From assembly GCF_036507355.1 (NCBI RefSeq), contig NZ_AP027877.1: a DNA stretch of 64,000 bases; one strand, 5' to 3'. Both the position numbers and the translations under genes were made by a program. How positions within the stretch are numbered: the first letter of the stretch is position 1; every line of letters starts with the position of its first letter. The notes beneath the pieces are model-generated. The model had not been told where the DNA came from. It saw only the letters and a program-made list of their open reading frames with translations, and did no database searches. Source of the DNA: Escherichia coli. Lineage in GTDB: Bacteria; Pseudomonadota; Gammaproteobacteria; Enterobacterales; Enterobacteriaceae. Positions 36,965 to 47,651 of this stretch are shown piece after piece.

Positions 36965-37315
36965 ATGCACTCCTGCTAACTTCTTATCGTTTTAACAACT
37001 GCTGTGTATTAACCGCATGACCGCTACAAAGCGTCAGCCAAATGAAACCGCCCATTGTGACCCATAGCAAGGCGCTTAGTTCGCCAGCCTGGCCATAAGA
37101 ATTGTTTCGACGGATTTCACAAACCAAAGATTGTTTACATAAGCGGATTAACACGCGCAGGATCACAAATGCAGGCATTGGTGAGCAGGAAAAAGATCGT
37201 GTTTACGCGCCGTTACGTTTTTAACACTATTATTGCACTAATGCGCCCTTTGCAATCCATCAATGAGTAGTATAAATACGCTCAGTTACCTTCATTCAAT
37301 TTATGGACACCACCG

Positions 37316-38473
37316 TTGAAACGTAGTCTGCTTTTTTCTGCCGTGCTGTGTGCGGCGTCATTGACCTCCGTCCATGCGGCGCAGCCGATCACTGAACCGG
37401 AGTTTGCCTCTGATATTGTCGATCGTTATGCCGATCATATTTTTTACGGCAGCGGTGCCACGGGGATGGCGCTGGTTGTTATCGACGGTAACCAGCGCGT
37501 CTTTCGCAGTTATGGCGAAACGCGACCTGGTAATAACGTTCGCCCGCAGCTGGATTCGGTCGTGCGTATTGCTTCCCTCACCAAGCTAATGACCAGTGAG
37601 ATGCTGGTGAAATTGCTCGACCAGGGGACCGTGAAGTTAAACGATCCGCTAAGTAAATATGCTCCGCCAGGCGCACGCGTGCCAACCTACAATGGGACGC
37701 CCATTACGCTGGTCAATCTGGCAACCCATACCAGCGCCCTGCCCCGTGAACAGCCCGGTGGCGCGGCACATCGTCCGGTGTTTGTCTGGCCAACGCGCGA
37801 GCAACGCTGGAAATACCTTTCTACGGCGAAGCTGAAAGCCGCGCCAGGCAGTCAGGCGGCGTACTCTAACCTTGCGTTCGACCTGCTGGCAGATGCACTG
37901 GCGAATGCGTCCGGCAAGCCTTATACCCAGTTGTTTGAAGAGCAGATTACCCGTCCATTGGGGATGAAAGACACCACCTACACCCCCTCACCGGATCAGT
38001 GCCGCCGTTTAATGGTTGCTGAGCGCGGTGCCAGTCCGTGCAATAACACGCTGGCGGCAATTGGCAGCGGCGGCGTCTATTCCACGCCTGGCGATATGAT
38101 GCGCTGGATGCAGCAGTATTTGTCATCTGATTTTTATCAGCGCAGTAACCAGGCAGATCGCATGCAGACGTTGATTTATCAGCGCGCGCAGTTTACGAAA
38201 GTGATTGGCATGGATGTCCCCGGCAAAGCGGATGCGCTTGGTTTAGGCTGGGTATATATGGCCCCGAAAGAGGGTCGTCCGGGGATTATTCAGAAGACAG
38301 GTGGTGGTGGCGGTTTCATTACCTATATGGCGATGATCCCGCAGAAGAATATTGGCGCGTTTGTGGTGGTCACTCGTTCGCCGTTGACGCGCTTTAAAAA
38401 TATGAGCGATGGCATCAATGATCTGGTGACCGAGCTAAGCGGGAATAAACCGTTGGTTATCCCCGCGTCCTGA
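37316..38473 (+). CDS. ampH: D-alanyl-D-alanine carboxypeptidase/endopeptidase AmpH (class C beta-lactamase fold)
   Basis: 385-aa ORF with signal peptide and SxxK motif (SLTK). Confidence 0.93.
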   Translation: MKRSLLFSAVLCAASLTSVHAAQPITEPEFASDIVDRYADHIFYGSGATGMALVVIDGNQRVFRSYGETRPGNNVRPQLDSVVRIASLTKLMTSEMLVKLLDQGTVKLNDPLSKYAPPGARVPTYNGTPITLVNLATHTSALPREQPGGAAHRPVFVWPTREQRWKYLSTAKLKAAPGSQAAYSNLAFDLLADALANASGKPYTQLFEEQITRPLGMKDTTYTPSPDQCRRLMVAERGASPCNNTLAAIGSGGVYSTPGDMMRWMQQYLSSDFYQRSNQADRMQTLIYQRAQFTKVIGMDVPGKADALGLGWVYMAPKEGRPGIIQKTGGGGGFITYMAMIPQKNIGAFVVVTRSPLTRFKNMSDGINDLVTELSGNKPLVIPAS

Positions 38474-38663
38474 TTAATACTCTGAAGGCAAACGGTTGAT
38501 AGCGACCAGTTTGCCTTTATTCATTTCGATATAGCCGCCTTTACGCAAAGCAGCGAGAACTTCTGCGACGACAGAACGCGATATGCGTGTACGTTGATGG
38601 ATATAATTCATCACACCAATACGTGATCGCAATTCTTCATTCCAGTCAATCATTGATAATAAC

Positions 38664-38722
<59 letters not shown>

Positions 38723-38920
38723 AATTCTATTTTGCCAGGCTAACCAGTAAAAAGCGTCTCGCCAGAGTTGATTTTGTTCAATAAGCGTAATGGTTTGTTT
38801 GGCTGGTAGATGATATCCCGTACAATTTCCTTCTGATATTAATTTGTATGGTATATCGTTTTTCAGGTGATGCTGCCAACTTACTGATTTAGTGTATGAT
38901 GGTGTTTTTGAGGTGCTCCA

Positions 38921-39196
38921 GTGGCTTCTGTTTCTATCAGCTGTCCCTCCTGTTCAGCTACTGACGGGGTGGTGCGTAACGGCAAAAGCACCGCCGGACA
39001 TCAGCGCTATCTCTGCTCTCACTGCCGTAAAACATGGCAACTGCAGTTCACTTACACCGCTTCTCAACCCGGTACGCACCAGAAAATCATTGATATGGCC
39101 ATGAATGGCGTTGGATGCCGGGCAACAGCCCGCATTATGGGCGTTGGCCTCAACACGATTTTACGTCACTTAAAAAACTCAGGCCGCAGTCGGTAA
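38921..39196 (+). CDS. insA: IS1 protein InsA
   Basis: Identical to the InsA of the other IS1 copy. Confidence 0.95.
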
Positions 39197-39618
39197 CCTC
39201 GCGCATACAGCCGGGCAGTGACGTCATCGTCTGCGCGGAAATGGACGAACAGTGGGGCTATGTCGGGGCTAAATCGCGCCAGCGCTGGCTGTTTTACGCG
39301 TATGACAGGCTCCGGAAGACGGTTGTTGCGCACGTATTCGGTGAACGCACGATGGCGACGCTGGGGCGTCTTATGAGCCTGCTGTCACCCTTTGACGTGG
39401 TGATATGGATGACGGATGGCTGGCCGCTGTATGAATCCCGCCTGAAGGGAAAGCTGCACGTAATCAGCAAGCGATATACGCAGCGAATTGAGCGGCATAA
39501 CCTGAATCTGAGGCAGCACCTGGCACGGCTGGGACGGAAGTCGCTGTCGTTCTCAAAATCGGTGGAGCTGCATGACAAAGTCATCGGGCATTATCTGAAC
39601 ATAAAACACTATCAATAA
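39115..39618 (+). CDS. insB: IS1 transposase InsB
   Basis: Identical to the InsB of the other IS1 copy. Confidence 0.93.
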
Positions 39619-39821
39619 GTTGGAGTCATTACCCGTTTTTCATTAAACCATCAGCCAGCCCCATAATATAAGGAGCCTGGGTAATACCGATAAGTACGTT
39701 TTCTTCTCTACGCAGAGAGATAACGCCCTCTAAAATAACGAAAGTATCTTCGCTATTGACATCACTGGAAAATATAACTTGCTTTTCATTATTAAACTCG
39801 AAGCGCGTACCGTATCTGGAC

Positions 39822-39939
<118 letters not shown>

Positions 39940-39963
39940 TATTTCTTCGGAGTGAAGAATATT

Positions 39964-40132
<169 letters not shown>

Positions 40133-40150
40133 TGAATCGCCACGGATAAT

Positions 40151-40963
40151 CTAGACACTTCCGAGCCGTTGATAATACTGGTTTTCATATTCTGTCGGTG
40201 ACATCTGATCGCTGGAACCATGCCGACGCTTACTGTTATAAAACATTTCGATGTAATCAAAAATATCGCTGCGGGCTTCTTCCCGCGTTCCGTAGATCTT
40301 TTTCTTTATCCGTTCGCGTTTCAACAACTGGAAAAAGCTTTCTGCAACCGCATTATCATGGCAGTTACCGCGACGGCTCATGCTGCCATCCAGGCCGTGT
40401 GATTTCAGGAACGACTGCCACTCATGGCTTGTGTACTGACTGCCCTGATCCGAATGAACCAGCACCTGTTTTTGGGGATTACGGCGCCATACAGCCATCA
40501 GCAGTGCGTTCAGGACAATGTCCTTTGTCATCCGGGATTGCATGGACCAGCCGATAATTTTGCGTGAGAACAGATCAACAACCACGGCAAGATACAGCCA
40601 GCCTTCGTGGGTCCTGATGTAGGTTATGTCCGTTACCCAACGCTTATCCGGAGCATCCGGATTGAACTGTCGCTGGAGCCTGTTGGGCGACACGATACTG
40701 GCCTCGCCTTTACGTGCCCGCGGGCTCCGGTATCCGACCTGAGCCTTTATCCCGACACGTTTCATCAGTCGCCAGACTCTGTTCACTCCGCACTGTTGCC
40801 CGCTGTCCCGCAGATCCAGATGGATTTTGCGATAACCATAGACGCATCCCGATTCCAGCCAGAACTGTTTAATCTGCCCTGTCAGCCTCAGGTCTGCCTG
40901 ATGGCGTTGTGAATGCGGCTGCTGAAGCCAGGCGTAAAAACCACTGGGATGAACATCCAGCAC
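40151..40963 (-). CDS. IS3-family transposase OrfB (DDE catalytic domain)
   Basis: 270-aa ORF with DITYI...WLYLAVVVDLFSRKIIGW, HSDQGSQYTS and ...DNAVAESFFQLLKRE motifs characteristic of IS3-family integrase core. Confidence 0.9.
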   Translation of the reverse strand: MLDVHPSGFYAWLQQPHSQRHQADLRLTGQIKQFWLESGCVYGYRKIHLDLRDSGQQCGVNRVWRLMKRVGIKAQVGYRSPRARKGEASIVSPNRLQRQFNPDAPDKRWVTDITYIRTHEGWLYLAVVVDLFSRKIIGWSMQSRMTKDIVLNALLMAVWRRNPQKQVLVHSDQGSQYTSHEWQSFLKSHGLDGSMSRRGNCHDNAVAESFFQLLKRERIKKKIYGTREEARSDIFDYIEMFYNSKRRHGSSDQMSPTEYENQYYQRLGSV

Positions 40964-41019
40964 CCGACAGAGCAGGCGAACAGGCCAGCAACAGGTGTTG
41001 TCACGGATAAAGGCGTACC

Positions 41020-41298
41020 TCAGTCGGACAGCTTTGCGAAGTACGCCGCGGCTTTTTTTAATATGTCCCGTTCGTCGGTAACCCGCTTCAGCTCTTTCTG
41101 GAGACGGCGGATCTCGGCCTGAGCATCTGACTGTTCTTTATTAGCGGAAGAATCCGGACCGTACTTCTTTATCCAGGCGTAAAGGCTGTGGGTGGTGATA
41201 TCGAGACGTGTTGCAACGCTGGCAACAGAATAACCGCGATCAACAACCTGTTTGACTGCTTCAATTTTAAACTCTTCGGGATAACGCTTACCGCTCAT
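41020..41298 (-). CDS. IS3-family transposase OrfA (HTH DNA-binding, leucine zipper)
   Basis: MSGKRYPEEFKIEAVKQVVDRGYSVASVATRLDITTHSLYAWIKKY...ILKKAAAYFAKLSD. Confidence 0.9.
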   Translation of the reverse strand: MSGKRYPEEFKIEAVKQVVDRGYSVASVATRLDITTHSLYAWIKKYGPDSSANKEQSDAQAEIRRLQKELKRVTDERDILKKAAAYFAKLSD

Positions 41299-41360
41299 GG
41301 GCACCTCTCTTTAAGCCATCTTAAATGACTCTGAGGTGTCTGTTAAACCCGTGGCGATTC

Positions 41361-41699
41361 ACCATGAATCAGGGAGTTGCTGATGTTCAACTGGTTTGTT
41401 GTTCCATCAGTAAAGTCATGATTCAGGTAATATGTAGAGATAGCCCCGTTAACAGTGTCACCATTAAAGGTGGTATCGAAATCACCGTTTGTGTTGTTAT
41501 AGTAGACAAAGCCACTATAATTCACATAGTTACCATCTACAGTACCCGGTGCATCCATATTGCTCCAGTCAAGAGCAGTAGTTGGATTGTCGTAATAAGT
41601 CCAGGTGTCATAAGTAGTTGCATTAGCCTGAGAGGTGATAGCCAGAGTGCAAGCCAATGCTAATTGTGATACTACAAGTTTCTTTTTCCAGGAGTGCAT
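41361..41699 (-). pseudogene. yaiT: autotransporter N-terminal fragment (signal peptide + start of passenger domain; yaiT-like remnant) running into the IS3-family element
   Basis: MHSWKKKLVVSQLALACTLAITSQANA signal peptide followed by Thr/Asn/Tyr-rich passenger-like sequence; the last 5 codons and stop are supplied by the IS terminal repeat. Confidence 0.55.
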
Positions 41700-42223
41700 T
41701 TGTCATCCCTCCTCAGGGACGTAATAAGTTGATCCATCAATTATCAATGCATAGAAAACATCTTATGTTTCGCGTTTACGATTATGCGGCGTTATAGAGG
41801 AATGGTTCAATTATTCTTTCCCCTAAGTCCGATTGCGGACATATATAAAAATATCTATACGCACAAAGAATAAGTTGACAAAAACACTGCATTTCAACAC
41901 GTTAATGAAATCATTAATTTTGAATTATAGATCCTGAAAATACCAAAACAACAAATCAGACAAATAATTTATCAATAAACAATGAACTTTAAGTAATTCA
42001 ATTTTTGACAGTTCAACCAAATTAGCAAAAATAATAACCAGCACCTATAAATAAAAATTAAAAATATTTTCAGTGAATATGAAATTATTGCTATTTCTAT
42101 TACAAAGATGTCCTGGCCTCTCTTCCATTCTCTTCTTGTCAACATCGCGACAACTTTCGTAAAACATCCCCACCCTGCTTCAGGTATACTATGCCCCTCG
42201 ATTCCACAAACATCAGGCAGACC

Positions 42224-43198
42224 ATGACAGACTTAATCCAACGCCCTCGTCGCCTGCGCAAATCTCCTGCGCTGCGCGCTATGTTTGAAGAGACAACACT
42301 TAGCCTTAACGACCTGGTGTTGCCGATCTTTGTTGAAGAAGAAATTGACGACTACAAAGCCGTTGAAGCCATGCCAGGCGTGATGCGCATTCCAGAGAAA
42401 CATCTGGCACGCGAAATTGAACGCATCGCCAACGCCGGTATTCGTTCCGTGATGACTTTTGGCATCTCTCACCATACCGATGAAACCGGCAGCGATGCCT
42501 GGCGGGAAGATGGACTGGTGGCGCGTATGTCGCGCATCTGCAAGCAGACAGTGCCAGAAATGATTGTCATGTCAGACACCTGTTTCTGTGAATACACTTC
42601 TCACGGTCACTGCGGTGTGCTGTGCGAGCATGGCGTCGACAACGACGCGACTCTGGAAAATTTAGGCAAGCAAGCCGTGGTTGCAGCTGCTGCAGGTGCA
42701 GACTTCATCGCCCCTTCCGCCGCGATGGATGGCCAGGTACAGGCGATTCGCCAGGCGCTGGACGCTGCTGGCTTTAAAGATACGGCGATTATGTCGTATT
42801 CGACCAAGTTCGCCTCCTCCTTTTATGGTCCGTTCCGTGAAGCTGCCGGAAGCGCATTAAAAGGCGACCGCAAAAGCTATCAGATGAACCCAATGAACCG
42901 TCGTGAGGCGATTCGTGAGTCACTGCTGGATGAAGCCCAGGGCGCAGACTGCCTGATGGTTAAACCTGCTGGAGCGTACCTCGACATCGTGCGTGAGCTG
43001 CGTGAACGTACTGAATTGCCGATTGGCGCGTATCAGGTGAGCGGTGAGTACGCGATGATTAAGTTCGCCGCGCTGGCGGGTGCTATAGATGAAGAGAAAG
43101 TGGTGCTCGAAAGCTTAGGTTCGATTAAGCGTGCGGGTGCGGATCTGATTTTCAGCTACTTTGCGCTGGATTTGGCTGAGAAGAAGATTCTGCGTTAA
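42224..43198 (+). CDS. hemB: porphobilinogen synthase (delta-aminolevulinic acid dehydratase), start taken at [13 protein letters not shown]
   Basis: 324-aa product recognised as HemB. Confidence 0.95.
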
Positions 43199-43304
43199 TT
43201 TTGTTTCCTCTCAGAAAGGGGGAGTTAACCTGTTGAAAGTACGGTGAACGCCCCCTCACCCTAACCCTCTCCCCAAGGGGGCGAGGGGACCGTCCACTCT
43301 CGTA

Positions 43305-44156
43305 TTACCCCGCCCGATAAAACGGTTTATCCCCAAGAATCGTCGCCCGATGCATTATCCGTCGCTGTGGCAGGTAATCGGCATTGGCATAGTGCTGGGT
43401 CACGCGGTTATCCCAAATCGCAATATCATTTGGTTGCCAGCGCCAGCGCACCTGAAACTCCGGTTTGGTGATATGGGCAAACAAAAAACTTAACAAGGCT
43501 TCGCTCTCTTTCTCGCTCACATCAACAATTCGCGTAGTAAAGCCTTCATTCACAAACAGCGCCTGTTTACCGCTCACCGGATGCGTTCGCACCACCGGAT
43601 GTAGCAACGGCGGATTTTTCGCGACCGCCTCGCGCCAGCGTTGATGTTCCTCCTCGGTTTTGCGGTATTTGTATTCCGGGAACGATTTACGGAAATCATG
43701 CTCCGCACGCAGCCCGCTCAGCAGCTGGCGGAAGGGAACAGAGAGCGCCTCATAGGCCGCAATACCGCTGGTCCAGAGCGTATCACCGCCGGTCGAAGGT
43801 AACTCTTTAGCTGCCAGAATCGCCCCTGCGGGTGGCGTTTCAATAAATGTCACATCGGTATGCCAGTTGTCGTTATCTGGCGGATTATCGTTATGGGTAT
43901 CCAGCACGATGATCTCGTCAACCCCTTCGGCATGAGGGTAAACAGGGTGAATATGCAGTTCGCCAAAACGCTGGGCCAGCGCGCGTTGCTGCAGCGGCGT
44001 AATAGCTTGATCGCGCAGAAACACCACCTGATGGCGCAGCACCGCATGGTAAAGCTGTTCAAACTGATTATCGCTTAACGGGCGCGTCAGGTCGGCACCC
44101 GAAATTTGTGCGCCAATATACGGCCCCAGCGGGGTAATACTCAGACGTTCACTCAT
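43305..44156 (-). CDS. tauD: taurine dioxygenase (alpha-ketoglutarate dependent)
   Basis: 283-aa [43 protein letters not shown]...; HxD motif (WHTDVTF). Confidence 0.95.
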   Translation of the reverse strand: MSERLSITPLGPYIGAQISGADLTRPLSDNQFEQLYHAVLRHQVVFLRDQAITPLQQRALAQRFGELHIHPVYPHAEGVDEIIVLDTHNDNPPDNDNWHTDVTFIETPPAGAILAAKELPSTGGDTLWTSGIAAYEALSVPFRQLLSGLRAEHDFRKSFPEYKYRKTEEEHQRWREAVAKNPPLLHPVVRTHPVSGKQALFVNEGFTTRIVDVSEKESEALLSFLFAHITKPEFQVRWRWQPNDIAIWDNRVTQHYANADYLPQRRIMHRATILGDKPFYRAG

Positions 44157-44980
44157 TGTACTTCTCCATGCCAGGGCGACAGGCGGCGCTGTAACGCGCG
44201 CAGACCCAGTTCTAAAAGAAAGGCGATAATCGCAATCACCGCGATCCCCGCCAGCACCACGTCAGTCGCGAGAAATTCACCCGCTGACTGAACCATAAAT
44301 CCTAAACCGCGTGTCGCGGCAATCAGCTCCGCCGCCACCAGCGTAGACCAGCCCACACCCAGACCAATACGTAATCCGGTGAGGATTTCCGGCAGAGCGC
44401 CGGGCAAAATGACAAACCACAGCACCTGCGCACGGCTGGCACCCAGCGACTGGGCGGCACGAATGCGAACCTGCTGCGCGCTTTTCACCCCTGCCAGCGC
44501 CGACATCGCCACCGGCGCAAAAATCGCTAAATAGATCAGTAAGACCTTCGAGGTTTCGCCAATACCAAACCAGATCACCATCAGCGGCAAATAAGCCAGC
44601 GGCGGCACCGGACGATAAAGTTCGATTACCGGATCCAGAATGCCGCGCACCGTCGGGCTTAGCCCCATGGTGATCCCGACCGGAATGCCGATCAACACCG
44701 CCGCGAGTAGCGCCAGCACAATGCGCGTCAGGCTGGCTGCCAGATGCTGCCACAGCGTGGCGTCCATAAATCCCTGCGGTCCGGCAATGGTGAGCAGTTT
44801 TGCCAGTACTTGTTGCGGCGGCGGCAAAAACAGCGGGCTAATCAGTTGCAGCGCCGCCACCGTCCACCATACAGTGAGTAAAACCGCTAACGTGCCAATG
44901 CTTAAGGTCACCTGACGCGAGAGCGGCCAGCGCCATTTCAGCCGCCGCGAATGCAGTTTTTCATTAATGAGCACACTCAT
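44153..44980 (-). CDS. tauC: taurine ABC transporter permease
   Basis: 275-aa membrane ORF overlapping tauD start and tauB stop. Confidence 0.92.
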   Translation of the reverse strand: MSVLINEKLHSRRLKWRWPLSRQVTLSIGTLAVLLTVWWTVAALQLISPLFLPPPQQVLAKLLTIAGPQGFMDATLWQHLAASLTRIVLALLAAVLIGIPVGITMGLSPTVRGILDPVIELYRPVPPLAYLPLMVIWFGIGETSKVLLIYLAIFAPVAMSALAGVKSAQQVRIRAAQSLGASRAQVLWFVILPGALPEILTGLRIGLGVGWSTLVAAELIAATRGLGFMVQSAGEFLATDVVLAGIAVIAIIAFLLELGLRALQRRLSPWHGEVQ

Positions 44981-45744
44981 GAGAACGCCTCCCGTTGCTC
45001 AAATACGCGGCTTAAAACATATTCGCGCATGGCGATGAATTGTGGATCGGACTTGATGCTGCGGCTCGACTCTCCCGCAACAAAGCGGCGAGCAAAGTTG
45101 AGCGGCAGCCGCTCCAGCACACGTCCAGGGCCGGATGAAAGCAGAACCAATTCAGTCGCCATAAACACCGCTTCTTCTATATCGTGGGTAATCAACAGCA
45201 CCTGCTTGCCCGTCTCCTGCCAGAGTTTCAGCAGCAGGGTTTGCATCTGGTCGCGGGTGAAGGCGTCCAGCGCACCAAACGGTTCGTCGAGTAATAACAG
45301 CTGGGGATTCGCCGCCAGCGCGCGGGCAATGCCCACCCGCTGACGTTGACCGCCGGAAAGCTGCCAGATGTAGCGTTTTTCTGCGCCTTCCAGCCCCACT
45401 TTTTTCAGCATCTGGTGCGCGATTTCCAGTCGCTGCATTTTCTCTATACCTGCCAATTGCAGGCCGAACGCCACGTTGTCCTGTACATTGCGCCACGGTA
45501 GTAGCCCTTCATTCTGAAAAACTACGCCACGCTCTGCTCCCGGTCCCTCAATACGCTTACCCGCCAGTTGAATGCTGCCATGCTGATAAGGTACAAAACC
45601 GGCAATCAGATTCAGCAGGGTGGTTTTACCGCAGCCGGACGGCCCCAGCACCACCAGTAGCTCGCCGCTTTCCAGCGTCAGGTTGATATCTTCCAGTGCC
45701 GGTTTGCCGCCATAATCGGCGTAAAGATGAGAGATTTGCAGCAT
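44977..45744 (-). CDS. tauB: taurine ABC transporter ATP-binding protein
   Basis: Walker [10 protein letters not shown], signature [15 protein letters not shown], Walker B LLLDEPF. Confidence 0.95.
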   Translation of the reverse strand: MLQISHLYADYGGKPALEDINLTLESGELLVVLGPSGCGKTTLLNLIAGFVPYQHGSIQLAGKRIEGPGAERGVVFQNEGLLPWRNVQDNVAFGLQLAGIEKMQRLEIAHQMLKKVGLEGAEKRYIWQLSGGQRQRVGIARALAANPQLLLLDEPFGALDAFTRDQMQTLLLKLWQETGKQVLLITHDIEEAVFMATELVLLSSGPGRVLERLPLNFARRFVAGESSRSIKSDPQFIAMREYVLSRVFEQREAFS

Positions 45745-45756
45745 CTGCGCCTCCTT

Positions 45757-46719
45757 TTATTGCACGAAGCGCGAGGTAACGTACTGGCTGTAATCATTCG
45801 CTACAGCCGGGACCTTGCCCTGCTCTTTCAAAAACTGCGCGGTGTCGATGATCGCTTTGTTCACCGGTCCGGTCAGTTCTGCCGTTTGTTGCTGCGGCGT
45901 CAGATAGGTATTCCCCTTCACCAGCCCCGGAACGTCACCTTCAGGCACGCCGCTTAAACGCGCCAGTTTGCTGATGTTTTCCGGCTGTTTCAGCCACACG
46001 TCTGGGTTAGCAATGTACGGTTGCTGAGCATCGATGGCGCTTTTAGCGAACGCTTTCACGACCTCAGGATGTTTCTCGGCAAAATCTTTGCGCACCACCC
46101 AGACGTCCAGCGTTGGCGCGCCCCACTGTCCGACCTGTTCAGAATCGGTCAACACCTTGCCGTCTTTTTCCAGGGCGTTAACCGCCGGTGCCCAGACATA
46201 AGCACCATCAATATCTCCCCGCTGCCAGGCAGCGATAATCGCGGGCGGCTGCAGGTTCACAATCTCCACTTGCCCGGGTTTAATGCCCCAGTGTTTCAGC
46301 GCCGCCAGCAGGCTGTAGTGGGTGGTGGAGATAAATGGTACGGCGATGCGTTTGCCAATCAGATCTTCCGGTTTGCTGATAGTTTTCTTTACCACCAGCG
46401 CTTCGGAGTTACCCAGTTTTGACGCCAGCAAGAAGACTTCAATCGGCACCTGTTGGCTGGCTGCAACCGCTAACGGGCTGGAACCGAGGTTGCCGATTTG
46501 CACGTCGCCTGAAGCCAGCGCCCGCACGATGCTGGCTCCGCTGTCAAACTTACGCCAGTCCACGGTTGCTCCGCTTTCTTTAGCAAAGGTGTTGTCGGCC
46601 TGAGCCACTTTCGCCGGTTCGGCTGAGGTTTGATACGCCACGGTGACGTTCACCGCCTGCGCCTGAAAAGCGATGAATGCCAGTGCGGCAAGAAGAGTAT
46701 TACGCGATGAAATTGCCAT
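45757..46719 (-). CDS. tauA: taurine ABC transporter periplasmic binding protein
   Basis: 320-aa ORF with signal peptide; first gene of tauABCD. Confidence 0.93.
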   Translation of the reverse strand: MAISSRNTLLAALAFIAFQAQAVNVTVAYQTSAEPAKVAQADNTFAKESGATVDWRKFDSGASIVRALASGDVQIGNLGSSPLAVAASQQVPIEVFLLASKLGNSEALVVKKTISKPEDLIGKRIAVPFISTTHYSLLAALKHWGIKPGQVEIVNLQPPAIIAAWQRGDIDGAYVWAPAVNALEKDGKVLTDSEQVGQWGAPTLDVWVVRKDFAEKHPEVVKAFAKSAIDAQQPYIANPDVWLKQPENISKLARLSGVPEGDVPGLVKGNTYLTPQQQTAELTGPVNKAIIDTAQFLKEQGKVPAVANDYSQYVTSRFVQ

Positions 46720-47021
46720 GATTGTCTGCTCCCCTGTCTTGTTATGGGAGCAGTATTTCGTTGCGGGTCAGTTTGATAAAGGAATTAAAAGGTCTTGTTA
46801 AGAACAAAGCGTTTTTAGAAAAAAATCGGCAATGGTTAGCGAGTTTGCGCATTTTGCGGTTTTGGCGAACGTATCCCGCCGGTTCACAAGCCAGATAATA
46901 TGTGCGCGCTCCGGCAAATTATTGCCATTTTGTTACATCCATTCCATATCTGTCGCTGGTTGATTGCCAGCGCCGCGCCGTGATGCATGATAGGAGAATT
47001 AGATAATAAGAGAAGAAAAGT

Positions 47022-47651
47022 ATGATTCGGGTAGTGCTGGTGGATGACCATGTGGTGGTGCGCTCTGGCTTCGCACAATTACTCTCTCTGGAAGACGATC
47101 TGGAGGTCATTGGTCAGTACAGTAGTGCCGCGCAGGCATGGTCGGCATTAATCCGTGATGACGTCAATGTTGCCGTCATTGATATTGCCATGCCGGACGA
47201 AAACGGCCTCAGTTTGCTTAAGCGCCTGCGTGCACAAAAACCGCAATTTCGCGCCATTATTCTTAGCATTTATGACGCGCCAACCTTTGTGCAAAGCGCG
47301 CTGGATGCCGGTGCCAGCGGGTATTTAACCAAACGCTGTGGGCCGGAAGAGTTAGTGCAGGCGGTGCGCTCGGTCGGGCTGGGCGGGCATTATCTCTGTG
47401 CCGATGCGATTCGGGCTTTACGCGGCGGCGGGCAATCCGCCCAGGCGCTGGAAATTCTCACCCCGCGAGAACGTGAAGTGTTTGATTTACTTGTCAAAGG
47501 AGACAGCGTTAAAGAGATCGCCTTTAAACTCGAACTCAGTCATAAAACGGTACATGTGCATCGCGCCAATGTGCTGGGAAAACTGAACTGCCATAGCACC
47601 ATTGAACTGGTACATTTTGCGCTCGACCACCATCTGCTGGCGGGGCATTAA
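47022..47651 (+). CDS. UhpA-like NarL/FixJ-family response regulator (paralog, not canonical uhpA)
   Basis: 209-aa ORF MIRVVLVDDHVVVRSGFAQLL...; receiver domain plus LuxR-type HTH (EIAFKLELSHKTVHVHRANVLGKL); clearly similar to but distinct from K-12 UhpA. Confidence 0.85.
   Translation: MIRVVLVDDHVVVRSGFAQLLSLEDDLEVIGQYSSAAQAWSALIRDDVNVAVIDIAMPDENGLSLLKRLRAQKPQFRAIILSIYDAPTFVQSALDAGASGYLTKRCGPEELVQAVRSVGLGGHYLCADAIRALRGGGQSAQALEILTPREREVFDLLVKGDSVKEIAFKLELSHKTVHVHRANVLGKLNCHSTIELVHFALDHHLLAGH

Larger units (their letters stand above)
38866..39633 (+). mobile_element. IS1 insertion sequence (768 bp) flanked by perfect 9-bp target-site duplication CGTTTTTCA
   Basis: IS1 terminal repeats GGTGATGCTGCC...GGAGTCATTACC; identical 9-mer at 38857-38865 and 39634-39642. 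Confidence 0.97.
40133..41360 (-). mobile_element. IS3-family insertion sequence (~1228 bp) with imperfect ~33-bp terminal inverted repeats starting TGAATCGCCACGG
   Basis: orfA (HTH) and orfB (DDE integrase) in overlapping frames typical of programmed -1 frameshift; ends 40133-40165 and 41328-41360 are inverted repeats; flanking 3-mers GTT and ACC differ (no duplication). Confidence 0.85.
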
